Positions 1-11,464 of a DNA stretch of 32,000 nt are shown here, piece by piece. The DNA is from Devosia salina (GTDB lineage: Bacteria; Pseudomonadota; Alphaproteobacteria; Rhizobiales; Devosiaceae). Position 1 is the first letter of the stretch. Each line of letters starts with the position of its first letter. The DNA lies in NCBI RefSeq assembly GCF_019504385.1, contig NZ_CP080590.1:1634884-1666883 (forward strand). Reading direction: 5' to 3'. The position numbers and the translations under genes are program-made. The notes under the pieces were generated by a model that worked only from the letters and a program-made list of their open reading frames with translations, made no database searches and was not told where the DNA came from.

Positions 1-166
1 GGCCCTCCTGCGCGTCAATGCCGAGTTCGGCACGACGACGCTGGTCATCACCCACAATGTGGCCATCCGCGCGATCGCGCATCGCGTCATCAATTTCGCC
101 GATGGGCGGATTGCTTCAGTGGAGACGAACCAGACACGTCTCCCGGCTTCCGCGATAAGCTGGTGA
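1..166 (+). CDS. ABC transporter ATP-binding protein, C-terminal fragment (MacB/LolD-type); 5' end lies outside the window
   Basis: Frame-2 reading frame enters from the left edge: ALLRVNAEFGTTTLVITHNVAIRAIAHRVINFADGRIASVETNQTRLPASAISW*, with stop TGA at 164-166. LVITHN is the H-loop region of ABC ATPases. The stop abuts or overlaps the start of the following FtsX permease. Confidence 0.8.
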   Translation, partial: ALLRVNAEFGTTTLVITHNVAIRAIAHRVINFADGRIASVETNQTRLPASAISW

Positions 167-171
167 GAGCC

Positions 172-2532
172 ATGAACGCGCTGCACATCAAGCTGTTGCG
201 GGAATTGCGGCGCCTCTGGGCCCAGGCGGCGTCCATTGGCCTGGTGATCGCCGCCGGGGTGGCGGCCCTGATCATCGGCATAGGCACGTATCAGTCCCTG
301 GAAAGGACCCGGGCCGACTATTACGCGCGGAACAACTTCGCCGATATCTTCGCCAGCGTGGCGCGAGCCCCGCGATCCCTGCTTCCGGCGATCGGCGAGC
401 TGGACGGCGTCCTCGTCGTGGACGCCCGCATCGTCAGGCTCGCCCCCGCCGACGTCGAGGGCCTTGCAGAGCCGGCCTCGGTGCTCCTGATCTCCCTTCC
501 CGCGGGACCCCAGCCGCTCAACCAGCTGCATCTGCGCAGCGGCCGGCTCCCCGAAACCGGCCAATCCACCGAGGCCGTCGTGAGCGAAGTCTTTGCCAAG
601 GCGCGCGGCCTGGTGCCCGGTTCCCGCCTCGATGTCGTCATGAACGGCACGCACCGCCCGGTCACCATCACCGGCATCGCGCTGGCACCCGACTATATCT
701 ACGCCATGACGCCGGGCGAAATCATGCCCAGCGAGGGACGGTTCGGGGTCCTGTGGATGCCCGAAGCCATGATCGCGGCGACCTATGACCTGACCGGGGC
801 CTTCAATACGGTGTCCCTCAAGCTGGCGCCTGGCGCTGCCGCGAACAGCGTTATCGAAGAGCTCGACCGCCTGCTTGCCCCCTATGGCGGGCAGGGCGCC
901 TATGGACGCAGCCAGCAGACTTCACACGTGTTTCTCGATGCCGAACTGACGCAGCTGCGCGGCATGAGCGCCGTGCTGCCGCCCATCTTCCTCGTCGTGG
1001 CAGCGTTTCTCGTCAACATGACGCTGACCCGGCTCATTGCCCTCGAGCGGGAGCAGATCGGCCTACTCAAGGCGCTGGGCTACAGCTCCTGGAGCATCGC
1101 CTGGCACTATGTCGAGTTCGTGCTGCTGATCGCCGTGCTCGGCATTGTCGTCGGCTATGGTTTCGGCATCTGGGCCGGCAATGCGCTTACCGTGCTCTAT
1201 GCGCGCTACTACAGCTTCCCGGTGCTAACCTTCAGCCGCGACCCGGCCATCTATGTCATTGCGGCTGCGGTGACCATGGGTGCGTCCGTCCTGGGCGCGG
1301 TGCGCGCCGTCCGCCAGGCGGCATGGCTGCCGCCGGCCGTGGCCATGGTGCCGCCGGCTCCGCCGGTCTATCGCCGGATACTGGGTGCCCGCAATCCATT
1401 CCATTTCGAGGTGCCGCAACGCTGGATCATCGTATTGCGACACCTGCTGCACTGGCCCTGGCGAACCGCCGGCGGCGTGGTGGGCCTGGCCCTGGCCACG
1501 GCAATTCTGATCGGCTCGCTCTGGTCGGTGGGCGCCATCAACTACATGGTCGACTACACCTTCAACCGCACGGAACGGCAGGACGGGACCATCACCTTCC
1601 TCGGATCCAAGCCGGCTGCAGCGCTCTATGAGGTCGCTCGGCTTCCGGGCGTCCTGGCGGCAGAGCCCTTCGCAAGCGTGGGCGTCGAGATCAGCAAGGG
1701 TCCCGTCAGCCGGCGCATCGGCCTCACGGCCTATGCAAGAGGGAGCGACCAGGCCCGCCTGCTCGATGACCAGCTTCGACCTGTCGTTTTGCCCGATGAG
1801 GGGCTGATCGTCAGCCGGGCGCTCGCCCGGCTGCTCAGGGTCGGCCCGGGCGACAATGTGCAGATCAGACCGCTCGATGGCGACGGGCGAATGTATGCCG
1901 TCGGTGTCGCAGGTCTGATCGAAGGCTATCTCGGCCTCGCCGCCTATATGGACCTCAAGGCCCTCGACACGCTTCTGGGCCGCTCGCCGCAGATATCGGG
2001 CGTCAATGTCGAGATCGACGAAAGGCAGCAAGCCGAGCTGTTCGCCGCGCTCAAGGCGACGCCGGCATTGGGCATGATCAGCCTCCGCTCGGTCGCGCTC
2101 GAGCGCTTCCGCGAGACCATGGCGCAGAACATGTTCGTGATGATCGGCGTGCTGCTGGCCATGGCCGGGGTCATCGCCTTCGGCGTCGTCTATAATTTTG
2201 CGCGCATATCGCTCTCCGAGCAGGGGCGCGAAATGGCCAGCCTGCGGGTGCTCGGCTTCAGCCGGGGCGAAGTCTCGATGCTGCTGTTGGCCGAGATCGC
2301 CATGGTGACGCTACTCGCCCAGCCCATCGGCTGGCTGCTCGGGATTGGCCTGGCGCGCGGCATGGTCAGCAGCTTTTCGAGCGAGCTCTTCACCATGCCC
2401 CTGGTGCTCGAGCCGAGCGTGTTTGTGTACTCCACCGCCGTGGTGACCGCCGCGGCGGGGCTCTCCGGCCTGGTCGTAAGGCGGCGCATTGACCGTCTCG
2501 ACATGATCGCCGTGCTCAAGACGAGGGAATAG
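172..2532 (+). CDS. ABC transporter permease with two FtsX-type membrane modules (MacB/YbbP-like)
   Basis: Track ORF 163..2532 (789 aa). I prefer ATG 172 (MNALHIKLLRELRRLWAQ...), the typical N-terminus of this family. GTG 163, overlapping the upstream stop, is the alternative. Hydrophobic 4-TM blocks lie at about aa 270-390 and 660-789, separated by large soluble regions. Confidence 0.9.
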   Translation: MNALHIKLLRELRRLWAQAASIGLVIAAGVAALIIGIGTYQSLERTRADYYARNNFADIFASVARAPRSLLPAIGELDGVLVVDARIVRLAPADVEGLAEPASVLLISLPAGPQPLNQLHLRSGRLPETGQSTEAVVSEVFAKARGLVPGSRLDVVMNGTHRPVTITGIALAPDYIYAMTPGEIMPSEGRFGVLWMPEAMIAATYDLTGAFNTVSLKLAPGAAANSVIEELDRLLAPYGGQGAYGRSQQTSHVFLDAELTQLRGMSAVLPPIFLVVAAFLVNMTLTRLIALEREQIGLLKALGYSSWSIAWHYVEFVLLIAVLGIVVGYGFGIWAGNALTVLYARYYSFPVLTFSRDPAIYVIAAAVTMGASVLGAVRAVRQAAWLPPAVAMVPPAPPVYRRILGARNPFHFEVPQRWIIVLRHLLHWPWRTAGGVVGLALATAILIGSLWSVGAINYMVDYTFNRTERQDGTITFLGSKPAAALYEVARLPGVLAAEPFASVGVEISKGPVSRRIGLTAYARGSDQARLLDDQLRPVVLPDEGLIVSRALARLLRVGPGDNVQIRPLDGDGRMYAVGVAGLIEGYLGLAAYMDLKALDTLLGRSPQISGVNVEIDERQQAELFAALKATPALGMISLRSVALERFRETMAQNMFVMIGVLLAMAGVIAFGVVYNFARISLSEQGREMASLRVLGFSRGEVSMLLLAEIAMVTLLAQPIGWLLGIGLARGMVSSFSSELFTMPLVLEPSVFVYSTAVVTAAAGLSGLVVRRRIDRLDMIAVLKTRE

Positions 2533-2534
2533 AA

Positions 2535-3737
2535 ATGGTGGGACGCATCATCAGCATAGCGATCATTGCCTGCATCTTGGCCGGTGCTGCCTGGGCCCTT
2601 TGGCCCCGGCCGGTGGCCGTGGAAGTGGCCGTGATCGAGCGGGGCAGCCTCGCCGTGACCGTCGAGGAGGAAGGCGTTTCGCGCATCAGGGAAGTCTATC
2701 GGGTGACAGCGCCAGTGGCCGGCCGGCTGGTGCGCGTCGATATCCACGCCGGCGATCCCGTCACCCTGGGTCAGACCGTCGCCGTGATCGAACCGGCGCC
2801 GCCCGGCTTGCTCGACGAGCGCTCGCGCCTGATCGCCGAGGCCGCCGTTGCAGCAGCGGAGGCAGCCGTACAGCTGGCCGAGGCGTCGCTCTCGGAAGCG
2901 CAGTCGCGCGCCGGCTATGCGGATGCGGATGCGACCCGAAAGGCGGCCCTCGCCGAGCGTGGCGTCGTTTCCGCGCAGGTCAATGAGCAGGCCACGCTCG
3001 CCCTCTCGATGGCGAAGCGGGATGTCCAGGTTGCACAAGCAACGCTTGCCATGCGCCAGCAGGATCTCGAAAGCGCCCGCGCCACGCTCATCCAGGGCAG
3101 TGCCACCACCCCGGCGGGTCAATGCTGCGCAGATGTGCCGAGCCCCATTGCCGGGCAAGTCCTCACGGTTCTTACCGAAAGCGAACAGGCCGTGCAGCCA
3201 GGCACGCCCCTGATGGAGCTGGGGGAACCCGCCAACATGGAGGTCGTGGTGCAAGTCCTCTCTTTCGACGCTGTCCGGATCACATTGGGTGCGCCTGCCA
3301 CGATCAGGAACTGGGGTGGTGAGCCGTTACGGGCACGCGTCAGCAGCATCAGCCCCGCTGCGGTGACCAAAGTCAGTGCCCTGGGCATCGAGGAGCAACG
3401 CACCGAGGTGGTCCTCGACCTGCTCGATCCGCCCCAGGTCTGGTCGCGGCTGGGACACGGCTTTCGGGTCGTGGCCGATATCGTGGTCTGGGAGGGGAAG
3501 GACCGGGTGCTTGTCCCCATCGGTGCCCTGTTCAGGGACGCGGACCAATGGGCCGTGTTCCGCGTCATCGACGGCAAGGCCAGGCTGGCCCTCATCCAGT
3601 TGGGCCAGCGAAATGCCGATTTCGCGGAAGTGCTGAGTGGCCTGGACCCAGGGGATATCGTTATCACCCATCCCGGAGACACGCTGGTGGATGGAGTGGA
3701 CGTCGACAGCGCCGGTCCCCCTGAGACACGGCAATAG
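2535..3737 (+). CDS. HlyD-family efflux periplasmic adaptor subunit
   Basis: 400-aa ORF starting 2 nt after the permease stop, with GAGGGA upstream. It has an N-terminal TM anchor (IISIAIIACILAGAAWAL), a lipoyl-like segment (APVAGRLVRVDIHAGDPVTLGQTVAVIEP), an Ala/Gln-rich coiled-coil hairpin, then beta-barrel segments. This is the canonical membrane-fusion-protein layout. Confidence 0.9.
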   Translation: MVGRIISIAIIACILAGAAWALWPRPVAVEVAVIERGSLAVTVEEEGVSRIREVYRVTAPVAGRLVRVDIHAGDPVTLGQTVAVIEPAPPGLLDERSRLIAEAAVAAAEAAVQLAEASLSEAQSRAGYADADATRKAALAERGVVSAQVNEQATLALSMAKRDVQVAQATLAMRQQDLESARATLIQGSATTPAGQCCADVPSPIAGQVLTVLTESEQAVQPGTPLMELGEPANMEVVVQVLSFDAVRITLGAPATIRNWGGEPLRARVSSISPAAVTKVSALGIEEQRTEVVLDLLDPPQVWSRLGHGFRVVADIVVWEGKDRVLVPIGALFRDADQWAVFRVIDGKARLALIQLGQRNADFAEVLSGLDPGDIVITHPGDTLVDGVDVDSAGPPETRQ

Positions 3738-3742
3738 CCGGT

Positions 3743-6331
3743 TCAACCCGGCGGGCGCCGTGCGCTTCGCCGTGCCGGATGGAGCCGCTGCTTCAGAAAC
3801 TCCGAGGTCAACAGATATGTGCCGGTGATGGCCGCCAACCCCAGCAGCACATCTGCCCGCATCGGGGCAAAGCCGAACGCGTCGGCAAGGGGCAGATAGG
3901 GCAGGGCGATGGCCACCGAGGCCACTGCAAGCGCCAGCAGCACGAGCAGTTGCCCCGGCGGGCTGGACCAGAGCGGCCGACGTGTGCGGATGACGAAGAT
4001 GATGGCCAGTTCGGTCAGCAGCGATTCCACGAACCAGCCGGTCTGAAATGCCGTCACCTCGCCCCGCGCGACGTAGAGCAGGAAGGCGAAGGTGACGAAA
4101 TCGAACAGGGAACTGACAAGGCCGAAGCCGAACATGGAACGCTGCACCTGCCTAATGTCCCAGCCATGCGGAGCCTTGAGATCGGCTGGATCGACGGCGT
4201 CGGAGGCGATCGCCAGACAGGGCAGGTCGGACAGGAAGTTGTTGAGGAGGATCTGCTTGGCCAGCATGGGCAAGAATGGCAGGAAGAGCGAAGCCGCCGC
4301 CATGCTGATCATGTTGCCCAGATTGGCGCTGGTAGTGACCAGGATGTATTTCATGGTGTTAGCGAAGATGATGCGTCCATCTTCGACCCCCCGCACCACG
4401 ACGCCCAGATCCCGCCGGAGCAGCACGATATCGGCGGCCTCGCGCGCCACATCGACAGCCGTATCCACCGATATGCCGACATCGGCGGCGTGAAGGGCAG
4501 GAGCGTCGTTGATCCCGTCGCCCAGATAGCCGACCACATGCTGCCGGGCGCGCAGCGCCGCGATGATCCGCTCCTTCTGGTTGGGATCGATCTCGACGAA
4601 CAGGTCGGTGCGGTCCACGCGGGCCTGGAGCGCGCTCCGCGTCAGGTGCGCCAGTTCCGCGCCGGTGACGATGTGGCGTGACGGCAGCCCGATGCGCCGG
4701 GCCAGGCGCTCTGCCACGTGGCGATTGTCGCCCGAGATCATCTTGACCCGAATGCCCCTGGCAACCAGGGCGGCCAGATCGGCCTCGATACCGGCCTTGG
4801 GCGGGTCGAAGAACAGCAGGTAGCCCTCCAGGCAGAGACCGGCCTCGAGATCGCGACTCACGGGGGTGCCGGCGGCCAATTTGTTCGTGGCGACGGCCAG
4901 GACGCGAAAGCCATCCTGGCTCCAGATACGGCATCGCTCTTCCACGGCCGTCCGCTCCGTCGCACCCAGCCGCCTGATCCTGCTGCCAATGCGCATGGAT
5001 GAGCAGACCGCCATCACATTGGCCACCGCGCCCTTGCAAATCAGCTGCCGACCACCCGCGCCGTCCTCTACGGCCACCGAGAGGCGCTTGCGGACGAAAT
5101 CGTAGGGCACCTCGCCCAGCTTGTGGAACCGCGACAGCTGGGCCGGGGCGTCGATGGCGGCGATGGCGCTGTCCATGGGATTGTCCATGCCGCTTTGTAG
5201 GCGGGCATTCAATTGCCCCAGCAGCAGGACGCGCTCGGACGCCTGCCCATCCGTCCCGTACCAGCCGTCCAGTTTCACCACCCCCTCGGTGAGGGTTCCT
5301 GTCTTGTCGGTGCACAGGACGTCCATGGTCCCCAGGCTCTCGATTGACCCCAGCCGCCGCACCAGCACGCCGGCCCTGCTCATCCGCATCGCCCCGCGCG
5401 ACAGGGTCACGCTGATGATGGCCGGCAGCAGTTCCGGCGTCAGCCCGACGGCCAGCGCGATGGAGAACAGCAGCGAGTCGACGAGGGGCCGGTCGAGCAG
5501 CAGGTTAGCCACGAAGATGATGACCACGACGGCCACCATGATCCGCATCATCAGGTAGCCGAAATCGCGAATGCCACGGGCAAAGTCAGTCTCGGGTGCG
5601 GCCCGTCGCAAGGTCGCGCCGATCCTGGCGACTTCGGTGTCGTCCCCGGTCTTCATTGCAAGCACTGTCCCCGTGCCGCTGCGCACCGAGGTGCCGGCAA
5701 AGACGATATTGGTGCGCGCCATCGGGGCCGTAGTCTGTGCCACCGGCACCGGTTGCTTGTTGACCGGAAAGCTTTCGCCGGTCAGCACGGACTCGCTGAC
5801 GCTGAGATCGATGGCTTCCATGACGACACCATCGGCCGGGATCAGGGCGCCTGCTGCCAGCAGCAACACATCTCCGGGCACCACTTCACTGGCTGGAACC
5901 CCCAATTCCGCTCCTTCGCGGCGCACGCGGGCAGTGATGGCCAGGCGTCCGCGGAGCGCTTCCATGGCCCGGGAAGCCCGATATTCCTGTGCGAAGCCGA
6001 GCAGCCCGCTGGCCAGCACAATGGCCATAATGACGGCCGCCTCGCTCCACTCTCCCACCACGGCCGCAACCGCGGCGCCAAAAATGAGAATGAGCACCAG
6101 CGGCGTGGCGAACTGAGCCAGAAGCAGGCCCGCGACAGCCGCGAGGGTGGCTCTTGGGCCAGACATCTTCGAGGGGCGGACCTGACTCCTCCTCGCTTCA
6201 GATACTGACAGGCCCTGGAGGCTGGAGCCCATTTTGTTGAAGAGGAGATGGTCGGGCAGCGACCAGTCTTCATCAAGCCAAGGGGCGGCACCTGAGGCAG
6301 AGAAGCCCTCATGCCCGTGACGGTTGGCCAT
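3743..6331 (-). CDS. mgtA: Cation-transporting P-type ATPase, MgtA-like (Mg2+ importer type)
   Basis: 862-aa ORF with LTGESFPV (actuator TGES), GLTPELLP in TM4 (close to the MgtA PEMLP motif), phosphorylation motif CTDKTGTLTEG and hinge GDGINDAPALHAADVGISV. RBS AGGGAGGGAG lies 9 nt upstream of ATG 6331. The family call is firm; Mg2+ specificity is inferred from motif resemblance only. Confidence 0.85.
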   Translation of the reverse strand: MANRHGHEGFSASGAAPWLDEDWSLPDHLLFNKMGSSLQGLSVSEARRSQVRPSKMSGPRATLAAVAGLLLAQFATPLVLILIFGAAVAAVVGEWSEAAVIMAIVLASGLLGFAQEYRASRAMEALRGRLAITARVRREGAELGVPASEVVPGDVLLLAAGALIPADGVVMEAIDLSVSESVLTGESFPVNKQPVPVAQTTAPMARTNIVFAGTSVRSGTGTVLAMKTGDDTEVARIGATLRRAAPETDFARGIRDFGYLMMRIMVAVVVIIFVANLLLDRPLVDSLLFSIALAVGLTPELLPAIISVTLSRGAMRMSRAGVLVRRLGSIESLGTMDVLCTDKTGTLTEGVVKLDGWYGTDGQASERVLLLGQLNARLQSGMDNPMDSAIAAIDAPAQLSRFHKLGEVPYDFVRKRLSVAVEDGAGGRQLICKGAVANVMAVCSSMRIGSRIRRLGATERTAVEERCRIWSQDGFRVLAVATNKLAAGTPVSRDLEAGLCLEGYLLFFDPPKAGIEADLAALVARGIRVKMISGDNRHVAERLARRIGLPSRHIVTGAELAHLTRSALQARVDRTDLFVEIDPNQKERIIAALRARQHVVGYLGDGINDAPALHAADVGISVDTAVDVAREAADIVLLRRDLGVVVRGVEDGRIIFANTMKYILVTTSANLGNMISMAAASLFLPFLPMLAKQILLNNFLSDLPCLAIASDAVDPADLKAPHGWDIRQVQRSMFGFGLVSSLFDFVTFAFLLYVARGEVTAFQTGWFVESLLTELAIIFVIRTRRPLWSSPPGQLLVLLALAVASVAIALPYLPLADAFGFAPMRADVLLGLAAITGTYLLTSEFLKQRLHPARRSARRPPG

Positions 6332-6392
6332 TTCAGCATTCTCCCTCCCTTACGTCCGCGGGCGCAGTGCAATAATGCCTTGAGCGGCGCGT

Positions 6393-6426
6393 CCCTTGGT
6401 TGACCGGCGTCAAGGCGAACCAAGGG
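6393..6426 (-). promoter_or_regulatory. Compound inverted repeat / stem-loop in the mgtA upstream (leader or operator) region
   Basis: On the + strand: CCCTTGG-TTGAC-cggc-GTCAA-ggcgaa-CCAAGGG. This gives a 7-bp outer stem, a 5-bp inner stem with a tetraloop and a 6-nt bulge, or equally a DNA palindrome CCCTTGGTT-N15-AACCAAGGG. It lies about 62 nt upstream of the mgtA ATG with no U-tract after it. Function unknown. Confidence 0.3.
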
Positions 6427-6632
6427 CTATTGCGGCGGGAAGGGCTTCAACCGGCCAGGCACTGTCGGTGGAACGCTTGGCTCACCGTCGCCCGCATGGG
6501 CAGCCAGAACAGTTCGTGGCGTTTCGGCTGCGTGCCGAACGCCCGGTCGCAATTTCGCCTGCGACATCGTCGTCGCGCCTGCTATATGGCATTCCCGAAT
6601 GCTGATCATCGGGCGTCGAAGGGGAGGACGAC

Positions 6633-7652
6633 ATGAAGGCACTGGCCATTGAGCAGCCCGGCGAGGCTCGCATCGTGGAGATCGCGGTTCCTGAACCCGG
6701 TCCGGGCGAGGTCGCCATCGATCCGGCTTTCGTGGGTTATTGCGGCTCCGACCTGACTTCCTATCGGGGGCTGAACCCGCTTGTCTCCTATCCCCGCGTG
6801 CCGGGGCATGAGATTGCCGGCACCGTGTCGGCCCTGGGCCAGGGTGTCGCCGGGCTGGCGGTAGGCGACGTTGTGACGGTGCTTCCCTATTTCAATTGTG
6901 GCCATTGCCGCGCCTGCCGTGCGGGCAGGCCCAATGCCTGCGTCAATAACCAGACCATGGGGGTGCAGCGCGAAGGGGCGATGACCTCCCGAATTGTCGT
7001 TCCGGCAGAAAAGGTGCTTGCCGTGCCTGGACTGGCCCTGCGCGACGTCGCCCTTGTCGAGCCCTGCGCCGTCGGATTTCACGCCGCGCGGCGGGCCGAG
7101 GTGCAGGCCGGGGAGACAGTGGTGGTGCTGGGATGCGGGATGATCGGGCTCGGGGCCATGATGGGCTGTCTCCGGCGCGGCGCGCAGGTCATTGCCGTCG
7201 ATCTCAGCCCCGGCAAGCTCGATGTGGCCCGCAGGTTGGGTGCCACCCATGCACTCGAGTCAGACGCGGACCTGGCGAAAAGGATCGAGGAGCTGGTCCC
7301 CGGCGGGCCCGATGTGGTCATCGAGGCAGTCGGTGCGGTCAGCACCTTCCTGGCTGCGGTCGACCTGGTCGGCCAGTGCGGGCGCGTGGTCTATATAGGC
7401 TATGCCAAGGATGCCGTTGCCTTCGATACCAAGCGCTTCATCACCAAGGAGATCGATATCCGTGGTTCGCGCAATGCACTGCGGAGCGATTTCAACGACG
7501 TTGTCACCTGGCTGCGAGACAATCCCGAGGCTGGCGGCCATATCGTCAGCGCCACGGTGCCGCTGGAGGAAGCGCCAGGCAAACTCGCCGAATGGGACGC
7601 CAGGCCCGGTGATTTCACCAAGATTCTGGTCAGCCTGGAGCCCGCTGCCTGA
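6633..7652 (+). CDS. Zinc-dependent medium-chain alcohol/polyol dehydrogenase (MDR family, threonine/sorbitol dehydrogenase-like)
   Basis: 339-aa ORF with strong RBS GGGGAGGA. Motifs: catalytic Zn (CGSDL ... GHEIAGTV), structural Zn Cys cluster (CGHCRACRAGRPNAC) and Rossmann VVVLGCGMIGLG. The substrate cannot be assigned from sequence. Confidence 0.9.
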   Translation: MKALAIEQPGEARIVEIAVPEPGPGEVAIDPAFVGYCGSDLTSYRGLNPLVSYPRVPGHEIAGTVSALGQGVAGLAVGDVVTVLPYFNCGHCRACRAGRPNACVNNQTMGVQREGAMTSRIVVPAEKVLAVPGLALRDVALVEPCAVGFHAARRAEVQAGETVVVLGCGMIGLGAMMGCLRRGAQVIAVDLSPGKLDVARRLGATHALESDADLAKRIEELVPGGPDVVIEAVGAVSTFLAAVDLVGQCGRVVYIGYAKDAVAFDTKRFITKEIDIRGSRNALRSDFNDVVTWLRDNPEAGGHIVSATVPLEEAPGKLAEWDARPGDFTKILVSLEPAA

Positions 7653-7657
7653 CGGAG

Positions 7658-8773
<1,116 letters not shown>

Positions 8774-8775
8774 GG

Positions 8776-10350
8776 TCAGATCTGGTCGACGCGGTCCGAT
8801 TGCAGCTGCAGCAGGACCACGAGAGGGATGGAAAGCACGATCATCAGCAGCGCATACGGCGCGGCGGAAGCGAAGTCCAGTTCGCTCGTATAGGACCAGA
8901 AGCGCATGGCCAGGGTGCGCGTGCCGTTGGGCGCCAGCATCAGGGTCGCCGTGAGCTCGGTGGTGATGCCCAGCGCCGCGAGCGCCGCACTGGCCAGTGC
9001 CCCGGGCGCCGCCAGCCGGATAGTGGTATGCCAGATGGCATTGAGCGGCGGCCGGCCCAGGCTTGCCGCGGCGCGTTCGAGCTCGATTGGCGCCTGCGCG
9101 ATACTCGTGCGCAGACCCACCAGGGCCCGCGGCAGGAACATCAGCACATAGGCAAAGACGAGCGTAGCCGCGGTCTGGTAGAGCGGCAGCGCGATCCGCA
9201 CGGTCACGGTGACGAGGGCCAGGGCGATGATAACGCCCGGCAGCGCGCCGACATAGGCGTGACTGGCCTCGAGTGCCCTTTGCAGCTTGCCCGGCGCCCG
9301 GACGCTGAGCCAGGCCATGGGCAGCGCTGCAAGCGTGGTCAGGACCGCGCCGGTTGCAGCCAGAAGAGCCGTCTGGCCGATCGAAGGCAGGATATAGTCG
9401 AACCGCCAGATGGCGGCGCCGCCTGCCCACAGCCAGCGCAGCAGGGTCGTCAGCGGCACCAGCAGCGCCAGGGACGCGAAAGCCACCGGCAATAGCAGGG
9501 CGATCCAGCGATACTGGCCCAGCGCCCGGCGGCGGTGCGGCCGGGCGGCGCCCGAGCCGACGCGGGCATAGCGTTCGCGGCCGCGCCAGCGCGTTTCGAG
9601 ACCCAGCAGCACCAGGCACAGCAACACCAGGACACCGCCCAGCAGATTGGCCGAGGGGCCGCTATAGACCGACTGGAACTGGTCGACGATGGCGGTGGCG
9701 AAGGTGTCGAAGCGGGTCAGAACGAACAGGCCGTACTCGGCCAGCAGGTGCAGTCCGATCAGCAATGTGCCGCCCATGATGGCGAGGCGTAATTGCGGCA
9801 GCACGACGAGGAAGAACACGCCGATGGGCGTCTTGCCCATCGACTGCGCGGTCTCTTCCAGAGCTGGATCGAGCCGGCGCAACTGCGCGGCAACCGGCAG
9901 ATAGACGAAGGGCAGATAGGCCAGGATCGAGATCAGCACCGCCGCCCCGATGCCGTGGAAGCGCGGGGCAAATGCGCTCCATGCATAGGAATGAACGAAG
10001 GCGGGCAGCGCCAGCGGGGCCACGGCAGTCCAGGACCAGAAGCGGGCAAAGGGCAGGTCGGTCCGTTCCACCAGCCAGGCCAGCGCCACGGCCAGCGCCG
10101 CCGAAAGCGGCAGCACCAGCACGAGCAGCAGTACCGTATTGACCAGCAGCATCCCGACCTTGGGGCGGAACACGAGATCCATGATCGTGTCCCAGCCGCT
10201 GGTGGTCGCCACATAGAGGACAAAGGCCAGGGGGAGCAGGCTGAGCAGCCCGGTCAGCACCGCCGCCCCGACGATCAGCCGGTATCCGCCCCCGCCGGAC
10301 GGGGGACGCAAGCCCCGCCCGGGGCGCCACGATGCGGTGCTTGCTGTCAT
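8776..10350 (-). CDS. fbpB: Fe(3+) ABC importer permease, duplicated (two MalFG-type modules)
   Basis: 524-aa highly hydrophobic ORF with two repeated 6-TM-like halves. It sits between the FbpA-like binding protein and the ATPase with 7-nt and 2-nt spacers. Confidence 0.9.
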   Translation of the reverse strand: MTASTASWRPGRGLRPPSGGGGYRLIVGAAVLTGLLSLLPLAFVLYVATTSGWDTIMDLVFRPKVGMLLVNTVLLLVLVLPLSAALAVALAWLVERTDLPFARFWSWTAVAPLALPAFVHSYAWSAFAPRFHGIGAAVLISILAYLPFVYLPVAAQLRRLDPALEETAQSMGKTPIGVFFLVVLPQLRLAIMGGTLLIGLHLLAEYGLFVLTRFDTFATAIVDQFQSVYSGPSANLLGGVLVLLCLVLLGLETRWRGRERYARVGSGAARPHRRRALGQYRWIALLLPVAFASLALLVPLTTLLRWLWAGGAAIWRFDYILPSIGQTALLAATGAVLTTLAALPMAWLSVRAPGKLQRALEASHAYVGALPGVIIALALVTVTVRIALPLYQTAATLVFAYVLMFLPRALVGLRTSIAQAPIELERAAASLGRPPLNAIWHTTIRLAAPGALASAALAALGITTELTATLMLAPNGTRTLAMRFWSYTSELDFASAAPYALLMIVLSIPLVVLLQLQSDRVDQI

Positions 10351-10357
10351 GCTGGGT

Positions 10358-11356
10358 CTAGAGCAGTCCGGCTTCCGTCATCAGTGCGGTCACCGCCGTC
10401 GTATCGAGCATGCTCGGATCGATTTGCGGAGCATCAAGGGTCTCGAGGGCCGGCAGGCTCGGATGCGAGGCCCGGTCAACGCCCACTGCATATTCGTAGG
10501 AGGTGCCGTCGCGCAGGACGCTCTGCCCCTGTTCGCCGGTGATGAAGCGCAGGAAGTCGAACGCGGCTTCCTTGTGCTGGCTGGATGCGAGCACTCCGCC
10601 GCCCGAAATCGATACGAAGGCGCCGGGATCCTGATTGCCGAAATAGTGCAGGGCGGTATTGCCGCTGCTCTCGCCCGTGCCGGCCTGATCGCCGTACCAA
10701 TAGTAGTGATAGATCAGCGCGCCATCGACCTCGCCATTATTGGCAGCGGCCATCGCAGCCCGATTTCCGCGCACGATCACGGCGTTCTGCTGCAGGCCCT
10801 TGAGCCAGGCCTGGGTTGCCGCCTCGCCCTCGATCGCAAGATAGGCGGCCACGATCGCCTGGAAGTCAGCACCATTGGGCGAAGCGGCCCAGCGCCCCTG
10901 CCATTCTGGGTCGGCGAGATCGCCCATAGTCTGGGGCAGGTCGGCCTCGGACAGCTTGTCAGTATTGTATGCAAAGACGGTCGAGCGGGCGGCAATGCCC
11001 ATCCAGTGCCCATTAGCCGGCCGGAACTGGGCCGGGACCTGATCAAGCAGGTCCTGCGGCAGCGGTTCGAAGAGACCGGCATTGTCCACCAGCACCATGG
11101 CCGGAGAATTCTCGGTGAGGAACACATCGGCGGGAGAATTGCTTCCCTCCTGGACGATCTGGTTGCCTACTTCGAGGTCAGAGCCCTGGCGAAGCACGAC
11201 CGGTATGCCGGTTTCCTCGGTAAAGGCGGTCGCCCATTCCTGCGCCAGGCTCTCATGCTGGGCATTATAGACCACGATCGGCTCCTGCGCCTGCACCGGC
11301 TGGGCAAGCCCGATCGCCAGCGCCATGGCTGCAAGCTGCATTGTCCGATTGACCAT
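10358..11356 (-). CDS. fbpA: Periplasmic ferric-iron binding protein (FbpA/HitA family)
   Basis: 332 aa with signal peptide [25 protein letters not shown]. Blocks match my memory of Haemophilus/Neisseria FbpA: VVYNAQHE (His ligand), [10 protein letters not shown] (Glu ligand), [26 protein letters not shown] (Tyr-Tyr ligands), [22 protein letters not shown] lies 7 nt upstream of ATG 11356. Confidence 0.9.
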   Translation of the reverse strand: MVNRTMQLAAMALAIGLAQPVQAQEPIVVYNAQHESLAQEWATAFTEETGIPVVLRQGSDLEVGNQIVQEGSNSPADVFLTENSPAMVLVDNAGLFEPLPQDLLDQVPAQFRPANGHWMGIAARSTVFAYNTDKLSEADLPQTMGDLADPEWQGRWAASPNGADFQAIVAAYLAIEGEAATQAWLKGLQQNAVIVRGNRAAMAAANNGEVDGALIYHYYWYGDQAGTGESSGNTALHYFGNQDPGAFVSISGGGVLASSQHKEAAFDFLRFITGEQGQSVLRDGTSYEYAVGVDRASHPSLPALETLDAPQIDPSMLDTTAVTALMTEAGLL

Positions 11357-11437
11357 TTCCGTACTCCTGGCCCGTGCTTGTGAGGAAAGATGATGGCGAC
11401 TGTCTAATTAAAACGCCTGCCGATGTCCATGGCGGTT

Positions 11438-11464
11438 GATTAAATAAGATGATTATCGTAGTCA
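11438..11464. promoter_or_regulatory. Candidate iron-responsive operator (Fur-box-like / RirA IRO-like TGA-N9-TCA) in the fbpA / imelysin divergent control region
   Basis: The 137-bp intergenic region 11357-11493 is conspicuously AT-rich. By hand alignment, segment 11439-11457 (ATTAAATAAGATGATTATC) matches 12 of 19 positions of the E. coli Fur box GATAATGATAATCATTATC. TGA(11450-52)-N9-TCA(11462-64) fits the minimal rhizobial IRO motif. Both motifs are short, so chance matches are plausible. Confidence 0.35.

Noticed and set aside
6447-6497. 16-codon upstream ORF (MRATVSQAFHRQCLAG) on the minus strand in the mgtA leader, as a possible mgtL-like leader peptide; also a possible M-box riboswitch
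   Set aside because: The uORF has no Pro-rich or other sensing signature and no obvious RBS. Short ORFs of this size arise by chance. I could not recognise M-box conserved cores by eye. Only the hairpins are reported.
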